Assembly (NCBI RefSeq): GCF_006345805.1
Contig: NC_043012.1
Location: 44,888,001-44,952,000 of the forward strand
DNA: 64,000 nucleotides
Source: Octopus sinensis
Lineage: Eukaryota
Reading direction: 5' to 3'
A program made the translations under genes and the position numbers. The first letter of the stretch is position 1, and the number at the start of each line of letters is the position of its first letter. The notes under the pieces were generated by a model, which worked only from the letters and a program-made list of their open reading frames with translations, was not told the origin of the DNA and made no database searches. Below are positions 38,721 through 52,190 of the stretch, piece by piece.

Positions 38721-39994
38721 TTTGCTTCCCCCATTTTCTGGCTCTATATTGATGATGAACCCTTCTCTTCCCGCCATTGTATTTATTTCTACATATTTAT
38801 AATTACATAGCTATCCAATCATTGTATCTTCCTATCTAATTTATTTACTTCATATAATTAACTATTATCTATTTATTTACCTTTCTTACTTATTTAACCA
38901 TTTTACACAGTTATATTTATTATTTTAAACCTTATACATCTTATAAGCACATTTATCCACAATTATACCATGTACCCCTCTCACAGTATAGTAACTAAAA
39001 TTAATCTTATCTAGCCACTTTATTATCTTTATTTATTTATCTATCATTTATTAGTTATTTATCTATTTAACTATTTACTTATTGAGCTAAAATATATACA
39101 TATAAATATTAATCTTATTAATCTTATTCACTTATATATATATATATATATATATATAATGTCTCATTCATTTTTATTTAATTCTTCTATGTTACTACCT
39201 TTACTTAACTCTCCTTGACCGAAAATTATTTCCATATATTGAACAATACATATAAATCGAAATTATTTTTCCTTTTTAATAAGTTTATTTGTTTATTTAT
39301 TTACTTATTTATATTAATAACAGACAATAGTTCAATGGTAAATATGGCATTTTAACCCATAAATTATAACTTAACAATATTATTTTTCATTGACGAACTT
39401 CCACTTTATATTATATAGATTTCCTCCTACGTAATTCCTATCTTCTTGTTATTTTCACCTAAATTATTTTACTCTTCACCACTCTCTCGTCCCTTCCCTC
39501 CATATTAGATTGTTCTATTTCCGTTACCTAGGCTTCCTTCATAGAACGCTGTTATTTGAAAATTTTGACCAATGGATTTTTGTTCATGTTTTCATTTTTC
39601 ATTTGATCAATTTGTAAGGTTTACACCATTTTCTTTCTACAAAACATTTATCAGTTAATGGATTTGCTTCCTATACTCAATACACAATAATGTGAAGATG
39701 CAAGGGTATATCATCCTTCACCTCCGACGAGATTCAACTTTAATTTCTAAACTTTTGAATCGAAACAGCTGTCAGAAATATTGTCCAATTTTGTAATTAA
39801 TAAATAACTATTAATTTAATTTAATTATCTCTATTTTCTTATTTTCTTAAACATATATATAAACCCCGGTTTATCCAGTTACCTTACAGTTCAATATTAA
39901 GCGTAATATTCAACACTTTGGATTTTATTTTTCCTTATGGAGATTTTAAACCTTTAATAGAACTATATATATATATATATATATAAATATATAT

Positions 39995-40376
39995 ATTCTT
40001 TTATTTGTTTCAGTCATTTGACTGCGACCATGCTGGAGCACTGCCTTTAGTCGCACAAATTGACCCAAGACTTATCCTTTGTGAGCCTGGTACTTATTTT
40101 ATCGGTCTCTTTTGCAAAAACCGGTAATTAACGGGAACGCAAATACACCAACATCGGTTGTCAAGCGATGGTGGGGGGACAAGTACAGACACAAAGACAG
40201 ACAATGATATATATACATATACGATGGGCGTCTTTCATTTTCCGTCTACGAAATCCACTCACAAACTTTGGTTGGCCCGAGGCTATTGTAGAAGACACTT
40301 GCCCAAGGTGTCACACAGTGAGACTGAACCCGGAACCATGTGGTTGGGAAGCAAACTTCTTACCGCACAGCCACGC
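39995..40376 (-). mobile_element. Octopus-type tRNA-SINE
   Basis: Full reverse-strand copy of the 1534 family. Confidence 0.8.
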
Positions 40377-40379
40377 CTA

Positions 40380-41695
40380 GGAAGGGTACCAATAGAAACC
40401 GGAATTTTGGAATAGTATTTTATTCACTTAGTTTTACATGTTTACACTTTTATCGCCTTCAAATTATTCTCCATTTCAAGCAATGCATCAGTCTAGATGA
40501 GTTTTTACTGTCCGATGCAATCCAGGAACCCTTGCGAAGGGATGCCTATAAACGCCTCCGTCGTTTTTTATTCTCCTGTACCACATCTGCAAAACGTTTT
40601 TCTTTAAAGACTCTTTTCATTCGTGGGAACAAAAAAGTCACAGGAAGCAAGAACGGGTGAATAGGGATGATGAGTAAGCGGGGTCATGCCATTTTATGTA
40701 AAAAAATCTGTCTTACACTCAAGGCGGTTTGCGCAGGCGTTTTGTCGTGATGGAACCACTGGTCTCCACTTTGCCACAGGTCGGGGCGTTTTCGCCTCAC
40801 AGCGTCTCGCAAACCGTTCAGGACTGCCAATTAAAATGTCTGGTTGACAGTTTGATCAAGTGGAACACATTCTGTGTGAACAACTCCTTTCGCATCGATG
40901 AAACAACTCAGCGTCACCTTGACACTGGACTTCATTTGACGCGCTTTTTTAAAGCATGGTAACATTGAATGTTCTCATTGACTTGGTTGCAGCTCCATTT
41001 CTGGATCGCAGCTGTAGTATCAGTTTTCGTCACCAGTAATAACCTTCGAAGAAAGGTCCGGGTCAACTTTCAACTGTTCCTTCAGTTTACGACACGTATT
41101 CAGTCGTGACTACTTTTGATCTTCCGTGAGTAAACGAGGCACAAATTTTGCTGCAACTCTTTTCATTTGCAATTCTTCGCTCAAAACTCGTTTGCAGGAG
41201 CTCCAGGACACACCAATTATATCAACAAGCTCGTCAATTGTTCGGTGACGGTCCTTCAAGATTACTTTATACATTTTCGTCATGTTTTCATTCGTTCAGG
41301 AGGCCAACGGAGGCCCTGAATGAGGTTGGCTTTCAAGCAACAAGTGACAATTCCTAAAGCGTGAAAACCGCTAGAAAACTTGTGTTTTGCTTATGGCAGC
41401 TTCTTTGTAAGCTGTTTGAAGCATGAAAAGTTTTTCGGCGTCTGTCATCCCCCAGCAGAAAACGGAAATTCACGGAGAAACGCTGTTCCTTCGTTTCAGC
41501 CATCGCAAAAATCGACGAAGAGAAGAGAAGCACTGCAAAACAAAGACGCATTGCGCGGCCGTACGACAGCGCTCCATGACGTTGGTTGACAGACTGATGC
41601 CTGAGGGTTGCATCAAGTAGCTTCTACCGGTGGAAGCCTGAACTACAACAGGCTTGTTCCACAGAGAACGTTTCCGGTTACTTCTGTGTACTTCC
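40380..41695 (-). mobile_element. Degenerate full-length mariner (ITGDE.W..YDPE type)
   Basis: Reverse strand ITGDEN*YYSCDPEMELQPSQW and GDQWFHHDKTPA; imperfect TIRs GGAAGGGTACCAATAGAAACCGGAA and TTCCGGTTACTTCTGTGTACTTCC, each flanked by TA. Confidence 0.85.
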
Positions 41696-41697
41696 TA

Positions 41698-41993
41698 GAA
41701 AGTTACCCTCCGAGGCACAAGTCCGGGCAAGGTTGTTTGTGGAAAGCCAGCAGTCGCCCATGCATACTAGCCTCTCTTCTCCACATCACTGATGTTATTC
41801 AAGGGAAAGGCAAAGGCTGATACAGCTTGGCACCACTGACGACGCAACCCATTTCTACAGCAGAGGGAACTGGAGCAATGTGAAATAAAGTGCCTTGTTC
41901 AAGAATACAACACGCAGCTCCGTCCGGGAATCAAACTCACAACCTCACAATCGTAAGTTCGACGCTCTAACCACTGAATCATGCGCCTTCACC
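41698..41993 (-). mobile_element. tRNA-SINE with CORE/Meta-like body
   Basis: Reverse-strand head GTGAAGGCGCATGATTCAGTGGTTAGAGCG..GAGTTTGATTCCCGG, then CAAGGCACTTTATTTCACATTGCTCCAG. Confidence 0.75.
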
Positions 41994-43349
41994 GTGTATA
42001 CACACACACACACACATATATATATAAATGTATGTATGTATGTAAGTATGTATGTGCGTGTGTGTGTATGTATTTATAGAATACTTACATATATCAGATG
42101 TAATCTAACATATACTAGAATATATAGTAAGTATCAGTTTATTCAAAACTGATTTATTTGCTAACTGTAATATCATTAGTGTAGGAAAGAAATATACATA
42201 TTGAAGGAAACTAGCTCTGAGTCTTTGTTTTTTATCGGTAGAGAGCACTCTCCGTACAGCAGGTGACGTGCGCATGGAAGGTGGTACAACTTGTTGGTAG
42301 TAATGTCTTTGCTTTTTCATCGGTAGCAACATGGAACAGCCAAAAGCTATATTTAAAATTTATATGAACATGACATTTTCTCGCACCACTCAGATTGAAA
42401 GTGAGCAATGAAATCCACAGGTGCATCTAATGCAAATTAATATATATATATATATTGTAACATTCATTTTCTTACCTCTTCGAGTATTTTGCTTGTATAT
42501 CCATATACATTAGATTACATTATCCAAAATTTGATATACGATGTGATAGCCATTACGTAATAGTTGCTGTGTGAGGATTATACATAATACATACATACAT
42601 ACATACATACATGCATACATACATACATGCATACATACATGCATACATACATGCATACATACATACATAATACATATATACATACATTCACACATACATA
42701 TATTTGAATATAAATGTTTACATATTTACATGTATATAGTTGTGCGCATCTATGTATGAACATCTATATATGTATATATGGACGCATCTGTCTCTCTCTA
42801 TATATATATGTATATATATATACTTTTATTCTTTTATATGTTTCAGCGTTGAGGCTGGGGCACCGCCAGTATGTATACATATATACATTTACATAGAAAT
42901 ATATATGTACATGTATCCATATAGATAATGATATAAATATACATATACAGATATAGGCACATAACTATTTACACATATGTCCACATATTCAATGTATGTA
43001 TATATGTTGACTTATATTTACATATACATTCATATATGCGTGTATGTATAAATATATAGCTATATATCCCTATATACATGTACGCACACCTCCACAGCAC
43101 TACTTTATCACTCCAGACCTCTCCTACTACGTCACCACACCACTTATACAAAGACAGACACCTCTCGCGCACGTATGCACATACACGTACTTCACACACT
43201 GTGCGGTACAGCAACGCAACATTTACACCTCGACATAAACACACCTTTATGCACGACGCCATGACACTATTCCACGTCACTCCCTTCACTGCAACCCCAC
43301 CAAAATAGTCGACCACCCTCTTACTGTAAATAAGCCACATAATGTCACA

Positions 43350-44325
43350 GTGGCCAGGCACGTTTGACAGTTCTATTTAAACGAAAAGTGTTGGGCATGC
43401 GTGGTAGGTGTGGTTAGTTGAGTCTGGTGCGAGTTGGCAAGGTGTGGGGGATGTGCAGTAAAGCCGTCAAGATGAACAGATCAATTAAATGGATGGACGG
43501 ATGTTCTGGTTACCTTCTGGAAACATTTGGAGTCGGTGTCAATTTGGTTACATATAATTTCACGGGCTGCCACCTTAGTGGAAGTGTCGGGATTACACTT
43601 TCATCATTGCTGCTATTGCTGCTGTTGCTGTTGTTCTTGCTGCTGTGGCTACTGCTGCGGTTGCTGCTTTTGTTGTTGTTGTTGTTGTTGGTGGTGGTTG
43701 AGGTAATGGTATTGGTGGCTGATGTGGTAGTGCTGGTGCTGTTTGATGGTAGAACTGTCTACGATGATGATTGTTGTTGTAGTTTATTTCCCAAATCAGC
43801 CTTTATCTAGCAAACTAATACCAAAGACATTCCATTCGTGACATTCCAGTCCTTTTTTCAGACTTAAATTATTCAAACCGTTTTACCTTCTTTTTTAAGA
43901 CAGTGGTTTGTGATTTCGAGATGATTGTTATTGTTGTTTCTAGCAAGTCAAGCGATGTTCCCTCTTTTGACAGCAATGCTCTGGTTGTTGTTAGTGGTGA
44001 AGGCAGTGGCTGTAACACTGTTGCTGTTAATGGCAGGCATGGTTGTGTTGTTGCATAAATCATGGTTGGCTTTTTTGGAAGGTTGTACACTTTGTTGCTA
44101 ATAATGAGTAGACTTATGATCAAAGGCGTTACGGATATGGCCATCGCGATTTTCTTTTATATCTTTCACTTGTGTCAGTCATTAGACTGCGACCATGCTG
44201 GGAATCGACTACAGTACTTGTTTTTCTTTTTAAGCCTAATACTTATTCTATCGGTCTTTTGCCGAAACGCTAATTATGGGGACGTAAACACACCAACATT
44301 GGTGCTATATATATATATATATTAT

Positions 44326-44367
<42 letters not shown>

Positions 44368-45250
44368 TATACGATGGGGGTTCTTTCAGTTTCCGCCTAC
44401 CAAATTTATGTACAAGCCTTTGGCTGACCCGCAGCTATAGTTATAGACACTTGTTTAAGGTGCCACACAGTGAGAGTGAATCCATAGTACACCTAGGACT
44501 ATTTAAGCCTAAATGTTCTTTCTGTAACGTGTAATTTGATGGAAATCTGGCGGTTGATTTACTTATCCTGTCAGGTATGCAACCACAAAGTCTCGCGTAT
44601 TAGTAAGTCGTAATGAAGCTGTTGCTGTTTTTTATGAATGCTATTAGCAATGTTGTTCAGACAGAAGTGAGTACGCACGGAGCATTCCAGTCATGACCAT
44701 CCCATCTTTTCTAGGTTGTGAAAGATTACATTACCCAGCTTACCCGATGAGTCTCCTATAAGACTCTGTTCCTATAAGGTTCTGGTTTGAGGTAAATTTG
44801 GCAGCTGTTTTTGACATACTGAATTATTACATAGAGGATCCTTGATATCTTTGTTGATATCTCTGTTGGTGATGTTAGTGAAAGTGCTAGCGATGTTTTC
44901 TATATGTTGATAGGTTTAGTTAACTTGGTACTACTAGTGTAGTATTTGAAGGAGGAATGGCTACTATTTCTAGCAGACGTTACAGTCCTTTATTGGTTCA
45001 ATTTGGCAATTCCAGCAATTTGCAAGTTTTCAGTTCAGGCTGGTTTTTTTAAAATTAAATATTCATCTCGACTGAATGTGCGGATACTGTTTTAAATAGA
45101 ATGTCTGGGCTGGTTCTGTGGCAATGGCTGTAAACCTTTTCATTGTGCAGGCTAGAGAGCAGATTATTGCTCAAGATGACGCGTGGTATAACAGCGTCTG
45201 AAGCCACGTCGTTCCGGAGTAGACCTCCGAACCACATAGCAACACCTATG
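43350..45250 (-). pseudogene. Highly degraded I/Jockey-like LINE (ORF1 zinc-knuckle and endonuclease traces), interrupted by SINEs
   Basis: Reverse-strand traces CWNCQ..C..C near 45000 and HLDGFTAHPP (cf. GDFNAHHP) near 43470; weak and frameshifted. Confidence 0.35.
44150..44480 (-). mobile_element. Octopus-type tRNA-SINE (5'-truncated)
   Basis: Reverse-strand copy with internal (TA)n. Confidence 0.7.
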
Positions 45251-46041
45251 TAATGTGTGCGTGTATTTGGAGCAAATAATTAACTTCAAATTTTGTATAG
45301 ACTATAAATCAAATATATATATACATCCCAAAGACTCCTAAAGTCATTGTTCCGCTTCACATTTTTCCTGCTATTCTAATGACAGAAGAATCTTTTCGAT
45401 CAGTCTTTGTGTAGTAGCATTCCCAAAAGAAATAGATTACTTTTCCTATCACGTTGAAGGCATGGAAGATGTTCTACAGCAGATAGGAATTCGGGCTTCA
45501 CAAACCGATCATTGCAATACGATATCCCTTTGGAAATTTCACAGTTCTCCTCACACGTATTTCTGGATTTATATACATACACGTACATGTGCACTACCAC
45601 ACACACACACACACACACACATGCATACACACACGTACACGCACACCATATACGTTTATATGTCAACCGATGCATATATACGAATTCATAATACGTTTTT
45701 ATATGTGTATTATGTCTATTAAATTTAGTTTTCAAAAAGTTTTCGCTGCTTTCGCGGATTCCCATGACTCGGTCACTATCCAATAATATCATTATAAATT
45801 TGAATTGGCAGCTTGAGTCATAGTGAATCTGTTATTAGCTGATTACACAACTGTGGACGCCATCCCTGTGGATGAGAGGCAGTTACTTTCTTGATAGTAA
45901 TCAGCCCTGTTGCTGGTAGGTAATAATCAGCCCTGTTGCTAATCATCTCTTGGGTGCCATTGGCAAGAGGTGTTGTCTTACTCTTCAGGTTTCACATCTT
46001 ACCAATTTGTACTTCAAGATGTTTACGATAGTCAAACCATT

Positions 46042-46193
46042 TTCTTCTTCTTCTTCTTCTTCTTCTTCTTCTTCTTCTTCTTCTTCTTCTTCTTCTTCTT
46101 CTTCTTCTTCTTCTTCTTCTTCTTCTTCTTCTTCTTCTTCTTCTTCTTCTTCTTCTTTTTCTTCTTCTTCTTCTTCTTCTTCTTCTTCTTCTT

Positions 46194-46223
<30 letters not shown>
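46042..46223. repeat. (TTC)n, about 60 units, one interruption
   Basis: Directly visible; explains the poly-S/F/R ORFs. Confidence 0.97.
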
Positions 46224-46224
<1 letters not shown>

Positions 46225-46339
46225 ATATTATTATTAATATGCTAGCGCATAGATATATTGTTAGGAGGCATTTTATCCTGACGTTTTGATATGATGAACG
46301 ACTTCTCGTTGTCACTGTTATATCTGAACTGTTATAATA

Positions 46340-46620
46340 TCAAACGTTCCTGACCCTTTAAGGGTTTTTGGCATCAATCAGAGCACCTTACTAGTCCACG
46401 CTTTAACGGATTTTGGCAGCAGATAGAGCGTCTTACAAGTGGGTACCCCTTCCACAAAAAACGAAAGAGTCTCTCGAACTTGCCTAGCCACGAATCAAGA
46501 CAAGGCACCACGATCAGATGGCAGGTGATAACGGATGCAATAAACACCCACACCACCTTGGGTAAGTGGTGTTTTGTGATAATGTCATCCAGGTATAAGT
46601 CCTTTTTGTTATATTTGATC
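46340..46620 (-). pseudogene. Tx1/L1-clade LINE ORF2 fragment (downstream of the RT core)
   Basis: VFIASVITCHLIVVPC..LGKFERLFRFLWKGYPLVRRSICCQNPLKRGL matches the F.FLW.G..P.V.R....GGLG pattern. Confidence 0.65.
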
Positions 46621-46984
46621 AGTGTGGTCGTGTTTGTGGGGGACTAATAGGTAAGGGGCTGAGGTCTTGCTATTTTTGCGAGTGATGTGGTTGGTTTTTT
46701 TGCGGGTGTACGGAGCTGGGAGGGCGTGGGTGACACACACTGTATTTTATTTGGTTTCCTTTTCACCTTTTGAAATTCCTTCTCCGTTAAGGCGGTCCTC
46801 ATGTCGTTTGTCGGGGTACTGGGGTCATTGCTTATTTCTTCCTTTTTCTGTTTTTGGCTTCTTTGTTTCCTTTTTTTCTCTCGCTTCTTTTGTTTTGTTT
46901 TCAGTTTTTTCTGTAGTCGAGAGGGAGGCCTTATCGTTACCCTTTGTTTTTGAGGCGCAGTATATTCTGCTCTTATGTGGTCTT

Positions 46985-48490
46985 TTTTGCCACACTCTCG
47001 TGAAAATTCATATGCTTCGGATTTTGATGAAATTTGACATACCCAAAATTTCCACTTGTTTGGATGATTCTAAGACCCCCAAATTTTAGTTATGTTTCAT
47101 GGACCAAAATTACTGAATTAATTCTTATGATATTTGGAACTTATATGCATAAGGGCGGGTATAATGCTATATGTTTGGTTTGAATTTGAGGGGTCTTAAA
47201 GGGGGCAGAAATGAAAATTGATAAATTTCCGATGCTGATCAAATTTCAACCATAGGTAATTGACACAAATCAAGAGGAATTCCCAAAGTTTCCGTTTCTC
47301 ATGAGGATTCTAAGACCCCCTAATAGGGGCCTTAACTCCCAAACTTTAGTCATTTTTTAATGATCCAAATCAAGGTTAAAAGTACTGAATGGATCTTTAT
47401 GAAATTTGGATATTATACTCTATGCATATATGTTTGAAAGTGAGGGGGGCATAAATGAGGCCATTATACTCTATGCAGTATATGTTTGAAAGTGAGGGGG
47501 GCATAAATGAGGCCATAACCCCCATTAAAATTCATATATTTTTGCTGTGATGAAATTTTAACCGTAGATATTAGACACCAGTGAAGTAATATTCCTAAAA
47601 TTTTAACGTCTTAGGAGGTAAATAAGACCCCGTTAATGGGGGCTTAACCCTCACAATTTGTCGATTTTCCTAAGCCAAAACGAATGCAATTATCGTCTTG
47701 GAAGTTGTAGAGTCACCCGAGGATACAAGAAGAGCGTTATTTGTAATCCAATGTACAACAGTGTAAGAGTTTGCTTTGAGATATACTTAGATTGTGATTT
47801 CTGCAACGTGGTGCATAAATTGTCACGTAAAGGAAAAACATCTTTTCCTCCAATGATTCAGTTGTGAAGTGTTATTTTGAGTAATGTTATTTGGTTGCAG
47901 ACCGCCTTTTCAAATTTACTGAGCAGACGCAGTCCATTCGTTGACTACAATAAAAAACCGCCAACTTTCCCTTTGATATGATTGAATACTGCAAATTTTT
48001 GGATAATTTGCGGTTAAAAGTTATATTACCACTGGGTCAGATGGTAGCACTGATTTCAAGGGCTTTCCAGATAAATGATTGGTCATTCAATGAGATCTAT
48101 AGATTGAAAATTTATTCTGTTTAGTTACCTATTGGCATAGCGATCATTGGCAAACTCCAGGGGTGACACCTTCATTTTTCTTTAGCTCTCATGTCACACA
48201 GCTGTTGATGTTTGCTTGAGGTGGGTCACACCCTTCTAATTGCTATAGATGCATCTTACGACTGTGCTGGACAGCCGTATGGTGAGGAATCCTACATTGG
48301 GGAGGACTAGGGTAGGGTAGCTGATCTCTTTTACAAACCCAGTGAACATTCATATATTTCCGATTTCAAAGAAATTTGAACAATAGATATGATACAAGTT
48401 AAAAAATATTCCCAACAATTCAACTTCTCTGGTTGACTTTAAGAGCTCCCCTAGTAGAGGCCTTAACTCCAACATTTTAGATTTCCATGT
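46985..48490. mobile_element. Modular non-autonomous element(s), Helentron/HINE-like internal repeats
   Basis: Recurrent degenerate modules (GATGAAATTT, AAGACCCC, GGGCCTTAACTCC); near-exact 51-bp tandem duplication at 47412-47514. Family assignment is tentative. Confidence 0.4.
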
Positions 48491-48621
48491 GATCCATGTG
48501 CTCCATTTTTCAGGAGCCTTTCAATGGGTTTCATAATGTGTGGATTTTGGAATCTGGGCATAAAGATGAGTAGTATGGAATAAATATGTTATGATTAAAA
48601 TTCTTGTTAGGGCGTGTAAAG

Positions 48622-49180
48622 TGGGATAAAATTCGACAGGAATAAATTTGGAAATTAAAAACATTTACCGTCTAGATTCCTGGACCAAGCGAGTCACAGA
48701 GAACTCACAAGGTTTGATTTTCCTCAGCAGGCCCAACCTAGTGTTAAACATATCTACACGAGACAAAAAAGACTACCTGTCTTGTGTATATACGAACTAA
48801 CTTTTCAAATTTACTGCGTAGACGCAGTCCATTCGTTGACTACAAAAAAAAAAAAAAACGCCAACTTTCCCTTTGATATAATTGAATACTGTAAATTTTT
48901 GGATAATTTGCGGTTAAAAGTTGGCGGTTTTTTTTATTGTAGTGAACGAATGGACTGCGTCTGCGTAGTAAATTTGAAGAGTTAGCCTGTATGTACACAA
49001 GACAGGTAGCCTTTTTGTCTCGTGTATATATGTTTAACACTAGGTTGAGCCCGCTGAGGAAAATCAAACCTTGTGAGTTCTCTATGACTCGCTAAAAGAA
49101 GATTAGAAACCAATAGGTCCAGGAATCTAGACGGTAAATGTTTTTAATTTCCAAATTTATTCCTGTCAAATTTTATACCC
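48622..49180. repeat. Palindrome: ~245-bp arms, 48-bp spacer
   Basis: 48622-48868 is the reverse complement of 48917-49180; the right arm has a 22-bp insertion. Confidence 0.92.
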
Positions 49181-49382
49181 AATTTTTTGTGGTTATAGAA
49201 CTTAGCTGTTGTTTCTAGCGTGTAGAATCCCTATAAGTGGATTCTCTATGTGTTTAAATATACACTATATCGTATGACTAATTTATAGTCTTTTTCTACG
49301 TGTTAGACCAGTGGAAATGTAAATTTTAATTGAATGTTTTTAACTTTAATTAAATTCCATTTCCCATTGATATGATTGAATA

Positions 49383-49425
<43 letters not shown>

Positions 49426-49541
49426 ATATAATATATATGTGTAGATATATGTATATATATGTGTAGACATATATATATATATATATATAGATATATATAT
49501 ATATATATATATATATCTATAAACACACACACACACACACA

Positions 49542-49579
<38 letters not shown>

Positions 49580-49594
49580 GTATGTATGTATTTG

Positions 49595-49800
49595 TGTGTC
49601 TGTGTTTGTCCTCCCCACCATCGCTTCACAACCCATGTTGGAGTTTGTACATTCCCGTAACTTAGCGGTTCGGCAAAAGTGACTGATAGAAAAGTACTAG
49701 GCTTACAAAGAATAAGTCCTGGCGTCTATTTCGACGACTAAAAGCGGTGCTCTATTATCACCGCAGCCAAACGGCAGAAATAAATTAAAGAATAAAAGAA
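49595..49800 (+). mobile_element. Octopus-type SINE, 3' half
   Basis: CCCGTAACTTAGCGGTTCGGCAAAAG..AAGTACTAGGCTTACAAAGAATAAGTCCTGG. Confidence 0.75.
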
Positions 49801-49814
49801 TATACATATCTATA

Positions 49815-50055
<241 letters not shown>

Positions 50056-50307
50056 TATATAGGGGTGGTGCTGAAAAGTGAGTAGGCATAAAAAATGATA
50101 ATAAAATCCATACTCCTTATACAAATGTATTGAAACTAATTGTATACACTTGCGTCGGAAATTAATTAGCACTTCTCAAATTTCTACATTTTCTTACATT
50201 TTCTTAATTTAATTAACTTATTATCAGAAACGAACTCGTTTTTAATCAAAAATTTATTAAAACATATCCCAGCACACCACATAATTGTTATTAATCGTGA
50301 AATTTAG

Positions 50308-50615
50308 TCAGTATCTTGTTGCACCTCCTTTGGCAGCAATGACAGCTGCTACGCGGGTCGGCATGTTGTCTATGAGTGCCTGCAGGTACTGTGCTGGGAT
50401 GGCCCCTCATGCAGCAAGAAGTGCCCCAAACAGCTCGTGTCGGTTCATGTATTGCTGCACATTCAAATCCCTACCCAATCAACTCCAGAGGTTCTCAATA
50501 GGGTTCAGGTCAGGTGACTGGCCAGCACGTACTCCTCGCCACCAAAGAGGTATCCCGTACTATCTCAACGTACTTTGCTGCGTTGATGTTGCCTTCGACG
50601 GCATAGAGCCGCCCA
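50308..50615 (-). pseudogene. Tc1 (DD34E-type) transposase C-terminal remnant
   Basis: Reverse strand VGRLYAVEGNINAAKYVEIVRD, GQSPDLNPIENLW and KGGATRY*. Confidence 0.8.
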
Positions 50616-51130
50616 ACAAACAGCCAGGGATGGAATGAACAAACTTCTGACGGACGTCGTCTGGGATAACATTGGGAACCTCCTGATTTCATGTCTCCAA
50701 TCCTCCAGTGTGCAAGGTTTTGTCTTGTACTTCTCTTTTGTGCAACTCCAAATGTAAAAATCCCATGGAGTGAGATCTCGTCTTCTTGGAATTCTGGACT
50801 TCTGGACCTCTGCGGTCACAGTCTTAAAGTTTTAGTTCCTGCACGTAATGGGGGTTCTACGGACAAAAATTCGATTCTTTATGCTACACCGTACGTATTG
50901 TATGTCTTGTGAGTCCACTTTCACGAGCTGCTTGACCTGTTGATTTTTGCGGGTTGCGATTAAACATATCCTGCACTCTTGCCACGTTCTCCGCTGATCG
51001 GGATGTGGTTGGACAGCCACTTCTTCTTGCATCTTTCCCAGAACCTGTAGCCATCAGCTTTGCATGACAACTTTTTATTGTCTCCGGACGTGGTGTTGCA
51101 TGCTTATATTTCCATGCACACCACTATCTC
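50616..51130 (-). pseudogene. rosa/DD41D-like (DUF4817-type HTH) transposase remnant, internally deleted
   Basis: Reverse strand RRSGCPTTSRSAENVARVQDMFNRNPQKSTGQAARESGL, then PRRRDLTPWDFYIWS..KTKPCTLED (cf. WPPRSPDLTPxDFFLWG). Confidence 0.7.
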
Positions 51131-51184
51131 TCGAGCGAATCAATGGCATTCATAACGTCCTGATATCTTAGCTCGCTCCTGAAC

Positions 51185-51345
51185 GGTCTTCTTTCAGTTT
51201 ACGACTGCTAAATCCACTCATTAGACTCGAGTCAATAGTAGAAGACACTTGCTAAGGTTCCCACAAGGGAACTCAGAGCCATCTGGTTGGAAAGCAAACT
51301 TCTTACCACACAGTCACGCTTGCCCCTCCGTTCACGCCTGCGCCT
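51185..51345 (-). mobile_element. Octopus-type SINE, 5' part
   Basis: AGTAGAAGACACTTGC..GCAAACTTCTTACCACACAGTCACGC. Confidence 0.65.
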
Positions 51346-51350
51346 TCATG

Positions 51351-52190
51351 TATTGGGTCATCCCATAAATAATGTGGCTTTTTATATTTCTTTTATTTTT
51401 CAAAATTAAGATAAACAAAGTTTTTTTTAACGTAAAATACACTATCTTTTATTCTCTACAATGCACTTCTGTCAATCTGGTAGACTTGCAAGGTCCCTCC
51501 TCCAAAATTCACTTGTCCGTGACGAAAATTTCTCCTCCAGTACTGTTCTGACCTCGTTTACCGAATTCATATTTTTTCCGTCCAAATAATTTTGAAGACT
51601 GGGAAATAAATGATAATCAGGTGGGGCAATGTCCAACAAATATGGTGGTTGGGGCATCGTTTGCCATTCAAACAGCTCCAGCCTTTCAAATGTCATACTC
51701 GCTATATGTGGTCGAGTATTATCCTGATGGAAGAATACCTTTCGTCTAATACCAAAGATGGTCATCTTTCTTCTAGCGCTGACTTGAATGACTGGTTGAA
51801 TGACCAAGTCCAAAATTCTCTGCTAGTTTCTCAACATTTACGATGAGATTTTGTTCCACCAGGTTTTGCAGGAGGTCCTCAACGAGCTCTACAGATCTTC
51901 CAGGACGTGGCTCGTCTTCTAGGATGTAGTTTCCGGCTCAGAATTTCTGGAACCACCCTTGACACGGGGCTTACGCTTATTGTCTGATGTTCATTCCATC
52001 CGTGGCCGTTTGAGGAAGCTGGTTGACAACATCAGTCCTTATTGTCTGCAATAATATTCTTCGCACTTAACGTTGCGTTGTTGCCTTTATTGAGCTCATA
52101 AAGCAAAATATGCCGAATATGCTCCTTTGACACTCCCATTAAAGCTTTGAAATAACTGTTAGAATCGAACTGCACTCTTATATCCATACT
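51351..52190 (-). mobile_element. Internally deleted mariner
   Basis: MGVSKEHIRHILLYELNKG, WFQKF*AGNYILEDEPRPGRS, FHQDNTRPH and QPPYLLDIAPPDYHLFPSLQNYL; TIR-like TATTGGGTCATCCCATAAATAAT at 51351. Confidence 0.88.
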
